DNA from: an uncultured virus (IMG/VR IMGVR_UViG_3300028590_000010) | Taxonomy: Duplodnaviria; Heunggongvirae; Uroviricota; Caudoviricetes | IMG/VR virus record: IMGVR_UViG_3300028590_000010 | Length of the DNA: 64,000 bases | Direction: 5' to 3' (one strand) | Shown: piece after piece, positions 61,810 to 64,000 of the stretch | Numbering within the stretch: the stretch's first letter is position 1 | How the letters are laid out: the number at the start of each line of letters is the position of its first letter | The notes under the pieces: generated by a model | Told to the model about the DNA's origin: nothing | Databases searched by the model: none | Seen by the model: only the letters and a program-made list of their open reading frames with translations | Program-made: the position numbers and the translations under genes

Positions 61810-62940
61810 TCACTTCGTCAGAAGCAGGAGCTGGGTGCCGACACGGAGGTGCCGGTTCAGCGACGTCGACTCGACGAAGATCTTGTAGCCGGGGTTGAGC
61901 GTCGGCTTCACCCGACACTGCCCGGAGGGCAGGCCGAGGAGCTGCCGGGCACCGTCCCCGACGTACACCTGGTTGTCGTTCACGTCGACCACGGCGATCT
62001 GCTTGTCCGCCGTGACGCGCTCGGGCTTGGTCAGCTCGTAGTACGCCATGCCGACCCGGTAGGGCGGGTAGGCGGCGTCCACGAACGGCTTGATCTCCAC
62101 GTGCCACGCCCGGTCCGGGACGGGACGCTTCTTCGTGGGCCGGTTGACGTCCTTCTCGAAGAAGATGGACTCCGTACCCCGCGTCTTGGCGACGAGCACG
62201 ATCTTCCGGTCGGCGGTCGGCAGCGGCGTGAGCTTGGCCGCCTTGATGGCCGAGGCGTCCACGTTCTCGCCGACCACGAAGGCGCTCTTGGTGCCCCGCA
62301 GACCGGTCCGGGTACGGGTGTCGACGTAGGTGGTGTGCGCCGTCTTGATCCGCTCGACGGCCTGCTCCAGACCGGCCTCAGTCGAGGCGTCCCACAGGGC
62401 GACGTTGCCCTTGGCGAAGCCGAAGCCGTACATGTGCTGGGCGGAACGCTCGTCCGGGGCGAGTGCCAGCATGGTGATGTTGTCGGCAAGCCCGTCGAGC
62501 CGCTTGGTCAGCTCCTCCTGGTGCACGCTCAGCGGCACGCGGCCGAAGCCGCCTGTCCGGCCGCGCCGCCCCCGGCTGACGTTCTCCTCGCCGTCGGTGA
62601 GGATGTACGCCATGAAGTCGTGCTTGCCGTACTGCTCCGGCACCGTGGCGAAGTCGTCGATGACCTGGTGAACGGCGTCGGCCAGCGCCGTGCTGCTCTT
62701 GATCTGGTACAGCCCCTTCATGCTGGGCAGACGGAAGACGTCCATGTCCCAGATGTGACACTCGACCTCGTTGGAGAACGAGTAGACGGTGATGCGGGTC
62801 TCCTCGTTGTCGTCCTTGGACTTCTTCGCGAGGAACTGCACCAGGTCGTCGGTCACCTTGACGACCTTGTCGGCCAGCCTTCTCATCGAGTAACTGGCAT
62901 CAAGCGCCAGAGCTATGTGGTTGATGTAATTCTGCTTCAC
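61810..62940 (-). CDS. vWA-domain protein
   Basis: MIDAS LDASYSM, TALADA, ILTDGEEN. Confidence 0.88.
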   Translation of the reverse strand: MKQNYINHIALALDASYSMRRLADKVVKVTDDLVQFLAKKSKDDNEETRITVYSFSNEVECHIWDMDVFRLPSMKGLYQIKSSTALADAVHQVIDDFATVPEQYGKHDFMAYILTDGEENVSRGRRGRTGGFGRVPLSVHQEELTKRLDGLADNITMLALAPDERSAQHMYGFGFAKGNVALWDASTEAGLEQAVERIKTAHTTYVDTRTRTGLRGTKSAFVVGENVDASAIKAAKLTPLPTADRKIVLVAKTRGTESIFFEKDVNRPTKKRPVPDRAWHVEIKPFVDAAYPPYRVGMAYYELTKPERVTADKQIAVVDVNDNQVYVGDGARQLLGLPSGQCRVKPTLNPGYKIFVESTSLNRHLRVGTQLLLLTK

Positions 62941-63014
62941 GTCTCTCCTTCGCCTGTCTGTCGGTCATGAATTCTCGCACCCACAGCCGGAAAAATCACC
63001 CTCGCTACCGTGAT

Positions 63015-63293
63015 TCAAAACCACCCGAAGAGGCCGAGGCACACACAGATGAACCCCGCCGCCCCGAAGACGAATCCGACCAGACCGAGCAGTAGCACAA
63101 GGCACCCGTCGGCGCTCTCGAAGGACTTGCTGAACTTGCTGGCCGTGTAGCAGAAACCGGCCGCTACGAGGACCAGGAAAAGGCCGGTCCCCAAGGGATA
63201 AAACCACGGCGTTGTGTGAAGGGCACCAATAAGACCCTTAGCCGCGTGAGTAACTCTCACAGATGTCGCCTTCTCGATATACAAAACGCGCAC
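63015..63293 (-). CDS. Small membrane protein
   Basis: Two hydrophobic segments; start uncertain. Confidence 0.5.
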   Translation of the reverse strand: MRVLYIEKATSVRVTHAAKGLIGALHTTPWFYPLGTGLFLVLVAAGFCYTASKFSKSFESADGCLVLLLGLVGFVFGAAGFICVCLGLFGWF

Positions 63294-63355
63294 CCGATCG
63301 GCGACGGGTGCGCGTTGTCCGTCCCCTGCACCGCCAGGAGCAGAGAGAACGGTCG

Positions 63356-63444
63356 TAAGCCGGACGGGACTTGAACCCGCACACCCTTACCACAGGGCGT
63401 CCCTCCCGAGCGGCGAGGGGGGATCGACCGCTCAGGTCCGGCTC
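63356..63444 (-). ncRNA. 89-nt tRNA-like RNA with replaced D and anticodon arms
   Basis: GAGCCGG/CCGGCUU-A, T-arm GCGGG-UUCAAGU-CCCGU, hairpins CCUGAGCGG/CCGCUCGGG and ACGCCCU/AGGGUGU. Confidence 0.6.
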
Positions 63445-63547
63445 TCCAGGCCCATTTCGCACATCTTGGGCGGGCCCACCCTCAATGACCTCAAGCAATC
63501 TTCGAGGTGGTGCTGGCCCCTCGGCGGCCCCTGTCCGCGAGTGGCAG

Positions 63548-63682
63548 TCGGAGCGCCCGGACTCGAACCGGGCTCGCCGTGACGCTGACGTGGAACAGAC
63601 TGGGTCCAGAACGCAGGTTCAGAACATTGTCCACTGTCTCGGCTTTCCAGATGCCTGCCGCTGTTACCCGGCAGACGCTCCG
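63548..63682 (-). ncRNA. 135-nt tRNA-like RNA with long internal helix
   Basis: CGGAGCG/CGCUCCG-A, T-arm CCCGG-UUCGAGU-CCGGG, hairpin CUGCCG/CGGCAG, long stem GCCGAGAC/GUCACGGC. Confidence 0.65.
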
Positions 63683-63784
63683 ATGTTCCCCGCCTGCCGT
63701 GACACAGACGGGGACATCCCCACACGTGACCGTTGAGTGTTCCGTGTGGTTCCTTCGGCTCTCGTCCCCCGACGAGTTGCTCAC

Positions 63785-63815
63785 ACACTAGCAGCCGTTC
63801 GGACATACATGTCAA
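63785..63815 (-). promoter_or_regulatory. Candidate promoter upstream of the tRNA-like RNAs
   Basis: TTGACA-N19-TAGTGT with TGn extension (spacer is long). Confidence 0.4.
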
Positions 63816-64000
63816 CCAACTCGCCTACATGCCGGTTAAGTTGACACATGTACACCAGACGCCTCACGCCGGGCGCTTGGACTCCACGTCCTCGATCGCC
63901 AGGCGCAGGCCGGGCAGGTGCTGCGTCCAGGTGCAGACCTCGCCGAGGGTGCTGGTGAAGACCTGCCTCGACCGGCGCGGGCCGACGGCCCCTCTGCCGT

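Noticed and set aside
63588..63597. Half parS (ACGTGGAACA)
   Set aside because: Only one arm matches, and it is part of a predicted RNA helix.

Overview
High-GC tailed dsDNA phage (siphovirus-type), very probably infecting Streptomyces (BldC-like regulator, SCO6735-like macrodomain, Streptomyces-type amidase endolysin). Layout: a leftward arm of small accessory genes (1-11.4 kb); a rightward packaging, head, tail, lysis and thyX block (11.7-37.5 kb); and a leftward replication, recombination and accessory arm (37.5-64 kb). No integrase, primase or cas operon is visible in the window. The most striking features are five. (1) Eleven bacterial chromosomal-type parS sites are packed between small genes in the first 5.5 kb, with no canonical parA/parB. 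(2) A promoter-driven RNA operon holds four Y-RNA-like elements, some displaying tRNA anticodon stem-loops, plus tRNA-Asn, tRNA-like RNAs, a Tad2/DUF2829-like gene and a Ro60/TROVE gene. The Ro ribosome-binding site sits inside a permuted copy of the Y-RNA Ro-binding motif, which suggests autoregulation. (3) A dispersed family of RNAs keeps a tRNA acceptor stem and T-arm but carries large or non-canonical interiors (70-248 nt). (4) A dense GCTCANNTGAGC palindrome array lies next to a perfect CRP-box. (5) Further candidate counter-defence or stress genes are a degenerate MazF-like module, a DarG/SCO6735-like macrodomain, TerD, vWA, WYL and SLOG. All calls come from reading motifs by eye; no database searches or folding programs were run.
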